Positions 28,581 to 37,069 of a DNA stretch of 41,733 nucleotides are shown here, piece by piece (the stretch's first letter is position 1; each line of letters starts with the position of its first letter). The notes under the pieces are model-generated. The model did no database searches. It was not told the origin of the DNA and worked only from the letters and a program-made list of their open reading frames with translations. Origin of the DNA: an uncultured Eubacteriales bacterium (lineage in GTDB: Bacteria > Bacillota > Clostridia > Oscillospirales > CAG-272); assembly GCA_934365155.1 (NCBI GenBank), contig CAKRMZ010000009.1, positions 1 to 41,733 on the forward strand, in the 5' to 3' direction. The position numbers and the translations under genes are program-made.

Positions 28581-29207
28581 GTCAAGTCCTTTTTTAAAAT
28601 TTCCGAAATAACGGAACACGTGTTTTTTGTATTCCCGATATGCGTCTCCGAAAACTTCGGACAGATATTTCTCTTCCTGCAAAATTTGTAAATGGAGCAT
28701 TACGATCGCAAAAAGCGAGAAAACGGCCAAAAGCAGATTGAAGTACATTAAGAGAACGCCGATGTACATAAAATCAAAGCCAAGAAAAGCGGGATTTCGG
28801 CTGTATTTGTAAATGCCGGTTGTAACAAGCTCGGTTTTGTCTTCGCCGGGAATTCCCGCACGCCAACTGTCCTTCATGCAAATTACCGAAATAAGGAAAA
28901 TCAGGTCTCCGATCATTCCGGTGCAAAAGCCGGTAAAACGTGCGCCGGAGGGAAGGGCGCTCCAACCGAATGCAATCGACAAAAGCTGTACCGCAGGTAC
29001 GCTGAGCGTTGCAATGCTCATGAGAAGCTCCACCGTGTGGATCGAGCGTTCTTTTCTGCATCCGATTTGGCGGGTTTTTATCCCCCGCTGCTTTTGCAGC
29101 AGCATTTTTGTAAAATAAATCCCATAGAACAGTAGTAGTACAATTACGGTCAATACAGGATACGGTAAATGTTCTTCGAATGGATATTTCATGTCTTTTT
29201 CTCCCAT
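28575..29207 (-). CDS. Isoprenylcysteine carboxyl methyltransferase (ICMT)/phospholipid methyltransferase-family membrane protein
   Basis: ..TTGIYKYSRNPAFLGFDFMYIGVLL.. is the ICMT/PEMT signature, and the protein has multiple TM segments. An alternative start at M6 (29192) has a better RBS. Confidence 0.7.
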   Translation of the reverse strand: MGEKDMKYPFEEHLPYPVLTVIVLLLFYGIYFTKMLLQKQRGIKTRQIGCRKERSIHTVELLMSIATLSVPAVQLLSIAFGWSALPSGARFTGFCTGMIGDLIFLISVICMKDSWRAGIPGEDKTELVTTGIYKYSRNPAFLGFDFMYIGVLLMYFNLLLAVFSLFAIVMLHLQILQEEKYLSEVFGDAYREYKKHVFRYFGNFKKGLDK

Positions 29208-29266
29208 GATTGTATTGTTGAATCGAGTTATTATTTATTCCAAGCGTTTTCAGTATCAAAATCGGT

Positions 29267-29737
29267 TCAGCAAGACGTGTGAAACGACTGAAGTGACACC
29301 GTCCAATGTGCTGCGCCGAAGATTACCATACTAACCGCTGCCGGAAGATTATGCAGCCATACGGCGGCACATAAAAAGTAAAGCACGGGAAATACTGCCA
29401 GCGGCATCGGGATACAAAAAAATGCGCGACGGAGCAACGCAATTTTTCGTCCGCCTATAAAAAATCGTATCCAGACGGCATAGTATAAAATCAAACAGCA
29501 GACAGCAAGATATAGCCATGCGCTTTTGAAACTTAGTGGTTTGCAACTCACCAAAAATGTGACTGCAAGCAGATACATCATGCGGCTGATCTGTTCGACA
29601 ATTTCTATCCAACGCGTAATTTTCGTCGGCGGTGAAGATTTTTCGGTAGGCGGAAAAACGGCGTAAACGATATTGATGAGCATGGGCAAGGCAAAAACAA
29701 CGAGCCCTATCCATGAGAAGGATATTTTTAAATTCAT
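29267..29737 (-). CDS. Hypothetical membrane protein (156 aa, ~5 TM)
   Basis: The protein is hydrophobic (MNLKISFSWIGLVVFALPMLINIVYAVF...), and its start overlaps the tetR(3) stop by 4 nt. Confidence 0.5.
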   Translation of the reverse strand: MNLKISFSWIGLVVFALPMLINIVYAVFPPTEKSSPPTKITRWIEIVEQISRMMYLLAVTFLVSCKPLSFKSAWLYLAVCCLILYYAVWIRFFIGGRKIALLRRAFFCIPMPLAVFPVLYFLCAAVWLHNLPAAVSMVIFGAAHWTVSLQSFHTSC

Positions 29738-30339
29738 AGGACAATACCTGCTTTCACGGCAAATTCCGGAAGCTTTGAGGGCTTTCCGTAAATCGAAATC
29801 AGCGCACGGAATTCCCGTCGGAATGTTTCCCGAAGCTCTTCATCCGTCAGATATAAATGATCGGTATTAGCGAGAATGGCAAGCCCGTAGGAAAAGTAAA
29901 TCATATCCTGATGAAGACGTCGTGCGACATCCTCACTGTAGCCGTATTCTTCCTGAATCACCCGGATGACCTCGGTCAGCAGTATATCATTTTGATACGG
30001 ACCGAGCTGCTTTCCATCCAAATACAGCCAACGGAAAAGTTGTTTTTCTTCCGCTGCAAATTTGATAAAGCCCATTCCGTAGCTGCTGTATCGGCTGTCA
30101 TTTCCTTCATGCACATGCAGAGAATTTCGTACGCGCTGTGTGTGCATCTCAATGGCTCGCTTTGTAAGTGCGGATTTTAATTCATCCATATTTTTAAAGG
30201 AAAAATAAATCGGCTGTGTGGAACAGCCCAATTTTTTGGCGACACTGCGAGCATTGATTGACGAAAAGCCGCCGTCACGCAATACTTCTACGGCAGCATC
30301 CACAATCTCATCCTTTGAAACTTTTTTCGCGGCAGGCAT
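29734..30339 (-). CDS. TetR-family transcriptional regulator (3)
   Basis: ..IVDAAVEVLRDGGFSSINARSVAKKLGCSTQPIYFSFKNMDEL.. is a TetR helix-turn-helix. Confidence 0.75.
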   Translation of the reverse strand: MPAAKKVSKDEIVDAAVEVLRDGGFSSINARSVAKKLGCSTQPIYFSFKNMDELKSALTKRAIEMHTQRVRNSLHVHEGNDSRYSSYGMGFIKFAAEEKQLFRWLYLDGKQLGPYQNDILLTEVIRVIQEEYGYSEDVARRLHQDMIYFSYGLAILANTDHLYLTDEELRETFRREFRALISIYGKPSKLPEFAVKAGIVL

Positions 30340-30351
30340 GGCAATTACCTC

Positions 30352-30390
30352 AATAATAACATATAGTTATGTATAACATGATGTTATTAT
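30352..30390. promoter_or_regulatory. Nested inverted repeats upstream of tetR(3) (candidate operator)
   Basis: ataataacat ...18 nt... atgttattat, with an inner palindrome gttat-gt-ataac at 30366-30377. It begins 13 nt upstream of the tetR(3) start. Confidence 0.45.
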
Positions 30391-30679
30391 ATGCTGCATA
30401 GGACAATTTGTCAAGAACTATTCTTGATTACCGCAAAAAAATGTTATTGCCCGGATACTGCTCTACAGCTGACACCCGATACACTTTGAAGCGGAATAAA
30501 ACGGAAGAAATCGTGAATATATTGTATTTCGGGAAGTTGTAAACGGAATAAAATTGTGATATAATCATTACAGTAAAGATATTAAAATCAGAGACAGCTT
30601 GGAAGCGGACAAAACCGAGAGCGGAAGAGGCGACCGATATGCAGAGCATTTTAGTCAAATCGGAAAGACGGGTAATGAT

Positions 30680-30958
30680 ATGCGTAGAATACAACGGAGC
30701 GGCAATTTTTTCTTTTGCTTGCTCATCAATATGTTAATGAACCCTGAGGGATTCATTCTTGCCGCGGTTCTGCTTGTTTTGCATTTTGTGCTCGGTTTGT
30801 CTCTTTGGTGGACCTATGCGGCACTCGGATTGTGGATTTTTTGGCTGATTATTCGGATGTGCCTTATCGGCTGGGCAGTGCGATGCGGCAGTGTTCCCGA
30901 TCCCAAAAAAGAGAATAAGAATCCGTATTCGGTTGGGAAAATACAAAAAAAGCAATAA
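30680..30958 (+). CDS. Small two-TM membrane protein (about 75-93 aa; start uncertain at 30680 or 30731)
   Basis: The hydrophobic core is ..FILAAVLLVLHFVLGLSLWWTYAALGLWIFWLIIRMCLIGW.., and a hairpin follows the stop immediately. Confidence 0.4.
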   Translation: MRRIQRSGNFFFCLLINMLMNPEGFILAAVLLVLHFVLGLSLWWTYAALGLWIFWLIIRMCLIGWAVRCGSVPDPKKENKNPYSVGKIQKKQ

Positions 30959-30960
30959 AT

Positions 30961-30981
30961 CTCCGGAATGATTCCGGAGTA
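30961..30981 (+). terminator. Hairpin after the small membrane-protein gene (weak terminator)
   Basis: ctccggaatgattccggag lies 3 nt after the stop and is followed by an A/T-rich stretch. Confidence 0.4.
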
Positions 30982-31021
30982 ATATAAAACAAAATATTTT
31001 TACTTGGAAGGAGTCTGTATT

Positions 31022-32350
31022 ATGGGATTAATAAAAGCTGGGATCGGTGCGTTGGGCGGCACATTGGCGGATCAATGGAAAGAGTTTTTCTACTGCGAAT
31101 CCATGCCGAAAGAGGTGCTTGTCACCAAAGGGCAAAAACGGATCAGCGGACGATCCTCCAACACCAAGGGGAACGATAATATCATTACAAACGGTTCCGG
31201 CATTGCCGTAGCTGACGGTCAGTGCATGATCATTGTGGAGCAAGGCAAGGTCGTGGAGGTTTGCGCCGAACCCGGCGAGTTTACATATGATGCTTCCACC
31301 GAGCCGTCCATATTTTCCGGCAGCCTCGGAAACAGCATTAAGGAGACGTTTAAGACAATCGGTAAACGCTTTACCTACGGCGGCGATACCGGTAAGGATC
31401 AGCGAGTCTATTACTTCAACACCAAGGAACTCATCGACAACAAATTCGGTACGCCGAATCCCATTCCCTTCCGAGTAGTCGACTCGAAGATCGGATTGGA
31501 TGTGGATGTATCGGTACGGTGCTCGGGTGTATATTCATATAAGATTGCCGACCCGCTGCTGTTTTACACCAATGTGTGCGGCAATGTAGAAAGAGAGTAT
31601 ACCCGGGATGAACTGGACAGTCAACTCAAGACCGAATTTATCAGCGCATTGCAGCCGGCATTCGGAAAGCTTTCCGATTTGGAGATGCGGCCGAACCAGA
31701 TTGTCAGCCACAATACAGAGCTTGAAGAAGCTATGAACACGGCGCTTTCGGCAAAATGGGGCGAGCTGCGCGGTCTTAAGGTAGTGAGCATTGCGCTCGG
31801 CTCAGTCACATTGCCGGACGAAGATGCCGAAATGATCAAGCAGGCACAGCGCACGGCGATCATGCGAGATCCGACGATGGCTGCGGCGACATTGGTTGGT
31901 GCACAGGCAGACGCGATGAAGGCGGCTGCTGCAAACGAAAACGGTGCCATGACCGGCTTTATGGGTATGGGTATGGCGATGAATGCCGGCGGCGGAATGA
32001 ACGCGCAGAATCTGTTTGCTATGGGACAGCAGCAACAGCAACAGGCACAGCAGAGTGCAGCTGCGGTAGCACCGGCGGCAGAGACTTGGAGATGTGCATG
32101 CGGTACGACGGCAAGCGGGAAATTCTGTCCGGAGTGTGGTGCACCGAAGCCTGCCGGCAATGATGGATGGACCTGTTCCTGCGGTGCAGTGAACAAAGGA
32201 AAGTTCTGCCAGAACTGCGGCGCAAAGAAACCGGCAGGGGTACCGCAGTACCGCTGCGACAAGTGCGGTTGGGAGCCGGAGGATCCGAAGAACCCCCCGA
32301 AGTTCTGCCCGGAATGCGGCGATCCCTTTGATGAAAAGGATCAAAAATAA
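31022..32350 (+). CDS. SPFH/Band-7 domain protein (YdjI / virion-core-protein-like) with a poly-Q/Ala/Gly/Met low-complexity linker and three tandem C-terminal zinc ribbons
   Basis: The N-terminus MGLIKAGIGALGGTLADQWKEFF... and the SPFH-like core match. The tail has three C-x-C-G-x(6-15)-F-C-x-x-C-G repeats (CACG..CPECG, CSCG..CQNCG, CDKCG..CPECG). The RBS aaggag is 8 nt upstream. Confidence 0.65.
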   Translation: MGLIKAGIGALGGTLADQWKEFFYCESMPKEVLVTKGQKRISGRSSNTKGNDNIITNGSGIAVADGQCMIIVEQGKVVEVCAEPGEFTYDASTEPSIFSGSLGNSIKETFKTIGKRFTYGGDTGKDQRVYYFNTKELIDNKFGTPNPIPFRVVDSKIGLDVDVSVRCSGVYSYKIADPLLFYTNVCGNVEREYTRDELDSQLKTEFISALQPAFGKLSDLEMRPNQIVSHNTELEEAMNTALSAKWGELRGLKVVSIALGSVTLPDEDAEMIKQAQRTAIMRDPTMAAATLVGAQADAMKAAAANENGAMTGFMGMGMAMNAGGGMNAQNLFAMGQQQQQQAQQSAAAVAPAAETWRCACGTTASGKFCPECGAPKPAGNDGWTCSCGAVNKGKFCQNCGAKKPAGVPQYRCDKCGWEPEDPKNPPKFCPECGDPFDEKDQK

Positions 32351-32356
32351 TATTTG

Positions 32357-32399
32357 TGTTTTGCGAGAAAGGCGGCGAATACGACTTTCTCGCAAAACT
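32357..32399 (+). other. 13-bp-stem hairpin in the spacer between the SPFH and Zn-ribbon genes
   Basis: ttttgcgagaaag-gcggcgaatacga-ctttctcgcaaaa has no U-tract after it. Confidence 0.45.
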
Positions 32400-32474
32400 A
32401 TAAAGATATGATATTTGAAATCCGGTTTGTCAAAGCGGCGAACTGCGATTGATGCGATTGAAAGGAGATTTTTG

Positions 32475-33569
32475 ATGCAAACTTTGCAGGAATATAAATG
32501 CCCCTGCTGCGGCGGTGCTATCAGCTTTGACAGCACGCTTCAAAAAATGAAGTGTCCCTTCTGTGACACGGAATTTGAGGTAGAGACACTCAAGAAATAC
32601 GATGCTGAGCTGCAAGAAGAGCAGACTGATAATATGGAGTGGGAGACCTCGGCAGGCGGTGACTGGCAAGAGGGAGAGACGGACGGTCTCCGTTCTTATA
32701 TCTGCAAATCCTGCGGCGGCGAAATCGTGGGCGATGCAAACACGGCGGCAACCTCTTGCCCTTTCTGCGGAAACCCCGTTGTAATGATGGGTCAGTTCAC
32801 GGGTGCACTGAAACCCGACCTTATAATCCCGTTCAAGCTGGATAAGAAGGCGGCAAAGGCAGGGCTTTTGAAGCATCTGACCGGAAAAAGATTGCTGCCG
32901 AAGATCTTCAAGGATCAGAACCACATTGACGAAATTAAAGGCGTGTATGTACCGTTTTGGCTGTTCGATACCGATGTGGATGCGCAGGTGCGGTATCGTG
33001 CAACCAATATGCGAACATGGAGCGACAGCAACTATAACTACACCGAAACCAGCCATTTTCTGGTGCACCGCGGCGGCAGCGTGGGCTTTGAGCATGTGCC
33101 GGTGGACGGCTCATCCAAGATGGCAGATGATTTAATGGAATCCATTGAACCCTATGATTTCTCCGATGCCGTAGATTTTCAAACGGCATATCTTGCCGGA
33201 TATCTTGCAGACAAATACGATGTAACTGCCGAACAGAGCATTGACCGTGCCAACGAGCGTGTAAAGCGTTCCACGGAGGAGGCTTTTGCCGCTACCGTAC
33301 AGGGATACGGCACGGTTCGCACCGAAAACAGCAGTGTCCGATTCCACGGCGGCAAGGCAAAATATGCACTCTACCCGGTATGGATTTTGAATACCACATG
33401 GAACGGCAACAAATACACCTTCGCCATGAACGGCCAGACAGGAAAATTCGTGGGTGACCTGCCGGTAGATAAAGCAGCGGCGTTTCGGTGGACGCTTGGC
33501 TTAACTGCAGCATTCAGCGTCGCATCCTACGGTGTGATTTTACTTTTGCATCTTATTGGCATATTGTAA
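32475..33569 (+). CDS. Double zinc-ribbon protein with a large middle domain and a C-terminal transmembrane anchor (YdjG-like)
   Basis: MQTLQEYKCPCCGGAISFDSTLQKMKCPFCDTEFEV... and ..YICKSCGGEIVGDANTAATSCPFCGNPVV.. are two Cys4 ribbons. The C-terminus ..WTLGLTAAFSVASYGVILLLHLIGIL is a TM helix. The RBS aaaggag is present. Confidence 0.6.
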   Translation: MQTLQEYKCPCCGGAISFDSTLQKMKCPFCDTEFEVETLKKYDAELQEEQTDNMEWETSAGGDWQEGETDGLRSYICKSCGGEIVGDANTAATSCPFCGNPVVMMGQFTGALKPDLIIPFKLDKKAAKAGLLKHLTGKRLLPKIFKDQNHIDEIKGVYVPFWLFDTDVDAQVRYRATNMRTWSDSNYNYTETSHFLVHRGGSVGFEHVPVDGSSKMADDLMESIEPYDFSDAVDFQTAYLAGYLADKYDVTAEQSIDRANERVKRSTEEAFAATVQGYGTVRTENSSVRFHGGKAKYALYPVWILNTTWNGNKYTFAMNGQTGKFVGDLPVDKAAAFRWTLGLTAAFSVASYGVILLLHLIGIL

Positions 33570-33580
33570 GGAGTGGCACA

Positions 33581-34399
33581 ATGAAAAAGAAATTATCGAC
33601 ACTCTTATTTGTTTTTATCCTTTGTGTCGGAATGATGGTGCCGGCTTTTGCCGAGTCACTCAGTGATATCGAAAATCTTGATGGTTTACGCGTGCTTGAT
33701 ACGGCAAATCTGCTATCCGACAGTGAGGCCGATGAGCTGAATGAAAAAATCATTGAAATCCGCGATCGCCATCAGTTTGATATTGTTATTTATACGACTG
33801 ATGAACCTTTGGAAACAACTCCGCAAGAATATGCGGACGATATTTACGACGCTTGGCAATTCGGCTGCGGGAACGACCGAGACGGGGTTTTACTGCTTAT
33901 CAGTATGGATGACCGTGATTGGTATATTTCCACCTGCGGCTTTGGCATCACGGCCTTTACCGAAGCGGGAATCGAGTATATCGGAGAGCAAATAACACCT
34001 GATTTGTCGGACGGTAACTATGCGGCGGCTTTCAATGCTTTTGCGGATCTGTGTGATGATTTTGTTACACAGGCGAAGTCCGGGAGCCCCTATGATATAA
34101 ATACGCTTCCGCGGGAACCTTTGTCTGCAGTTTATATTCCCGTTTCAATTGCAATCGGCTTTATTCTGGCACTGATAGGGGTGGGCGGAATGAAAGCGAA
34201 GCTTAAAACGGTACGCCGTCAATCCGCGGCCGACAGCTATATGAAAGGCGGTAGCCTGAATATTACCGAAAGCCGGGATCTGTTCTTATACAGCACCATT
34301 ACCCAAACGGCAAGGCCGAAGGAAAGCAGCTCAGGCGGAAGCGGTACACATACATCCTCCTCCGGCACAACGCACGGCGGCGGTGGCGGCAAATTTTAA
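33581..34399 (+). CDS. TPM-domain (YgcG/YdjH-like) secreted/membrane protein with a signal peptide, a TM helix and a Gly/Ser-rich C-terminus
   Basis: MKKKLSTLLFVFILCVGMMVPAFA is a signal peptide. ..LLSDSEADELNEKIIEIRDRHQFDIVIYTT...GVLLLISMDDRDWYISTCG.. is a TPM-domain pattern. ..VSIAIGFILALIGVGG.. is a TM helix. The ATG lies 11 nt after the upstream stop, and an RBS aaggag is present. Confidence 0.65.
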   Translation: MKKKLSTLLFVFILCVGMMVPAFAESLSDIENLDGLRVLDTANLLSDSEADELNEKIIEIRDRHQFDIVIYTTDEPLETTPQEYADDIYDAWQFGCGNDRDGVLLLISMDDRDWYISTCGFGITAFTEAGIEYIGEQITPDLSDGNYAAAFNAFADLCDDFVTQAKSGSPYDINTLPREPLSAVYIPVSIAIGFILALIGVGGMKAKLKTVRRQSAADSYMKGGSLNITESRDLFLYSTITQTARPKESSSGGSGTHTSSSGTTHGGGGGKF

Positions 34400-34531
34400 T
34401 GTCGCACTGAAAAAGCGTAGTCTTATGAAAAAACTTTCATTTTCCGACCGGCGTTTTATTTTGAATCCGGCAATGGATGATGTTTTTCATCAAGCATATC
34501 GGTGACCTTTAAATCAGATATTGATGAAATG

Positions 34532-34573
34532 AGCCCGTGTATCAGACAAGTGTTTGATACACGGGCTTTTTTG
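34532..34573 (+). terminator. Intrinsic terminator closing the SPFH/ZnR/TPM cassette
   Basis: gagcccgtgtatc-agacaagtgtttg-atacacgggc is followed by tttttt. Confidence 0.75.
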
Positions 34574-34683
34574 TTCAAAATTGTATTTTTGATTTTGGTT
34601 TTTGGAATTAAGGTTTTATCGGACTTCTGCACTGACAGCGCATGTCGGTTGTTTTTTGAATACCGTTATTCCGATAATTTAAT

Positions 34684-36273
34684 TTATAATTCTTCAAAAC
34701 GCTTTGTACCTCTGCTCTTTAACCACAATCCCAGCAGGATGTCGAGAACAACGGTTAAAACAGAACAAAGGATTATATATAAATGGTTGTTGGCTTGATA
34801 GTCGAAGACCAGTGCAAAGCCCAATGCGATAATATAGGCCCAATTCAGCAGAAATGCTAAGAATATACCGATCCCCTGTTTAACGGCTGCCGCTTCGGAT
34901 GTCCAGTTTAGATTCGGCCTTTTCAGATTAATGATCAGTCCGGTTTCCGCACTGAAAATACAGACGGCAAGCGGTAAAAGGAAGAGAAAAATCATGTTTG
35001 TGAGCGTGGGCCGGATGACGATCGCCATACATAAACTGCATAAAAGTGCCGGAATTGCGGTTAAAAGTATATGCAAACTCAGCTTTGCCTTAAAAACTTT
35101 CCATGTGGAAACCGGAAGCGATTGGATTAACCACAGGCTTTTTCCCTCCATAGATATTGTCGGCGCGGTAATATTATTCATCGAGGCTAATAAGCAGATA
35201 CTTACGATGGCAATCGGAGGGAGCACTGATTGCGGAAGCTCCAGCATCGTGCACAGATTCCGAATCCATTCGCCTTTGATTAAGACGGCAACGGAGGATA
35301 TAATCAGTAGCAGGGTGCCTAAGGAGCAGTTTAAGATATAAACCGGACTGGAAAGAAAACGGCTCATTTCCCGTCCGAGCAAGGCAGCGCGGATGCTTTT
35401 GGGTTTTTGTTTTCTGGCTTTATAAGGTGTTTTTGCTGTCTTTTCGGGTTCCAATGCAATCTTTAAAAAGCTTCGGGATAAAATTCGATAGACGAGCAAG
35501 AACAGAATCAGCATCGCGGCGGCAAAAATAGCCATGCTGGGAATATCTCCGATTGCGGCTTTACCCATTAGATATAAAGGATATCCGAAGTTTTTGATTT
35601 GTGTAGCAATGCGGTCACTGTTTTCGATAATCAGCGTGATTGATTCACTGGCTTTGAAGTAGATGTAGTAATAGACCGCTAAAAAGATCAGAGAAACAAG
35701 AACGGTAATTAAACTTTTATTTTTCAGTTTGGCGCTGATTTTTGCTACAACCCAACCGAGAATGCATGAAAGAATCAAAACCAAAAACGACAGCAGGAGC
35801 GCAAAAAGAATCGGACAGATGATATTGCTTATTTGTAATGTTGCTGTCTGATAAAAGACAATTACTGCAGGCACGATTACCACACCGCTGTATAAAAGTC
35901 CCATTAAGTATACGCCGGTCAGACGGACAAAAATAATGCACGAAACCGGAATCGGCATAGAGAGAAGCAAATCATTATCCTTTGCATTGTAGAGGCTGGA
36001 GTATGTATTAAACACGCTGCCGAATATGCCGAGTATAAAAGCGACCATTCCCATCAGACAGAAATAAAGCCATGATTTTTCCATAGTAATCAAAGGACTC
36101 AGCATTTTTGCGGCAACGTAAAAAATCCCGCCGATAAAAACAATCATAAGAAGAGCAAACAGGATAATATAAGCAATCGATGCAAATGCAGATCTTACTT
36201 TGCCGGTTTTACTGTTTTGGAAAAAACTGCGATTTAGCTCCAAAAGCTGTTTTTTCAGAAGCGCTTTCAGCAT
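34684..36273 (-). CDS. Large polytopic ABC-exporter permease (529 aa), translationally coupled to the upstream ATPase
   Basis: The protein has ≥10 hydrophobic segments and its start overlaps the ATPase stop by 7 nt. Confidence 0.55.
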   Translation of the reverse strand: MLKALLKKQLLELNRSFFQNSKTGKVRSAFASIAYIILFALLMIVFIGGIFYVAAKMLSPLITMEKSWLYFCLMGMVAFILGIFGSVFNTYSSLYNAKDNDLLLSMPIPVSCIIFVRLTGVYLMGLLYSGVVIVPAVIVFYQTATLQISNIICPILFALLLSFLVLILSCILGWVVAKISAKLKNKSLITVLVSLIFLAVYYYIYFKASESITLIIENSDRIATQIKNFGYPLYLMGKAAIGDIPSMAIFAAAMLILFLLVYRILSRSFLKIALEPEKTAKTPYKARKQKPKSIRAALLGREMSRFLSSPVYILNCSLGTLLLIISSVAVLIKGEWIRNLCTMLELPQSVLPPIAIVSICLLASMNNITAPTISMEGKSLWLIQSLPVSTWKVFKAKLSLHILLTAIPALLCSLCMAIVIRPTLTNMIFLFLLPLAVCIFSAETGLIINLKRPNLNWTSEAAAVKQGIGIFLAFLLNWAYIIALGFALVFDYQANNHLYIILCSVLTVVLDILLGLWLKSRGTKRFEEL

Positions 36274-36980
36274 GATTTTTCCTCCAACCCTAAGAATACT
36301 TCTTCAAGGCTTTCGTCTCCTTTGACTTCCTCCATGGTACCAAAGCGAATCAGTTTTCCGTCTTTGATAATGGCAACCTTATCGCAGAGCTTTTCGGCAA
36401 CCTCCAGTACGTGTGTCGAAAAGAAGATGGCGCCGCCCTGATCGCAATGTTCTCGCATGATTGCCTTGAGAAGATGGGATGCTTTGGGATCCAACCCAAC
36501 AAAGGGCTCATCCATAATAATCAGCTTAGGAGCGTGAATCCATGCGGAAATAACGGCTAATTTCTGTTTCATTCCGTGCGAGTATGAAGAAATAGGCTGT
36601 GCCAAATGAGGAGTCAGCTCCAATAAATCGGCGTATTTTTGAATTCGTTCCTGCCGGTTTTCTGCACTGACTTCAAAAATATCCGCAATAAACTGGAGAT
36701 ATTTTATACCGCTCATATACTCATATAAATCCGGATTATCCGGGATATAGGCAATTTGTTTTTTGCATCCGATGGGATCTGCCTTTAGAGAAATTCCGTT
36801 TATGGTAATTTCACCGTTATCAAAGGGTAAAATTCCCGCTACGGATTTCAGAGTGGTTGTTTTGCCGGCTCCGTTATGACCGATAAATCCGTAAATTTCT
36901 CCGCTTGCAATATGAAGTGATAAATCGTCCACTGCTTTTTTATCACCGTAAGTTTTGGTTAAATGCGAAATGTCTAACAT
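36267..36980 (-). CDS. ABC transporter ATP-binding protein
   Basis: Walker A GHNGAGKTTT, signature YSHGMKQKL, Walker B LIIMDEPFVGLD and an H-loop are present. Confidence 0.9.
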   Translation of the reverse strand: MLDISHLTKTYGDKKAVDDLSLHIASGEIYGFIGHNGAGKTTTLKSVAGILPFDNGEITINGISLKADPIGCKKQIAYIPDNPDLYEYMSGIKYLQFIADIFEVSAENRQERIQKYADLLELTPHLAQPISSYSHGMKQKLAVISAWIHAPKLIIMDEPFVGLDPKASHLLKAIMREHCDQGGAIFFSTHVLEVAEKLCDKVAIIKDGKLIRFGTMEEVKGDESLEEVFLGLEEKSC

Positions 36981-37069
36981 AATAATTGCAACTCCGTTTT
37001 TTGTATTTTAATAAAATGGACCAAGGGTGTTTTGCTGTAAGTTGATGGTATCTGCGGCTAAAAAACTGT

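Noticed and set aside
30428-30694. 88-aa minus-strand ORF between tetR(3) and the small membrane-protein gene
   Set aside because: It covers an AT-rich intergenic region with operator-like palindromes, has no RBS, and shows no low-complexity coding signal.
34502-34798. 98-aa plus-strand ORF after the TPM gene
   Set aside because: It spans an intrinsic terminator and the 3' end of the convergent permease gene, with no RBS. It is probably non-coding.
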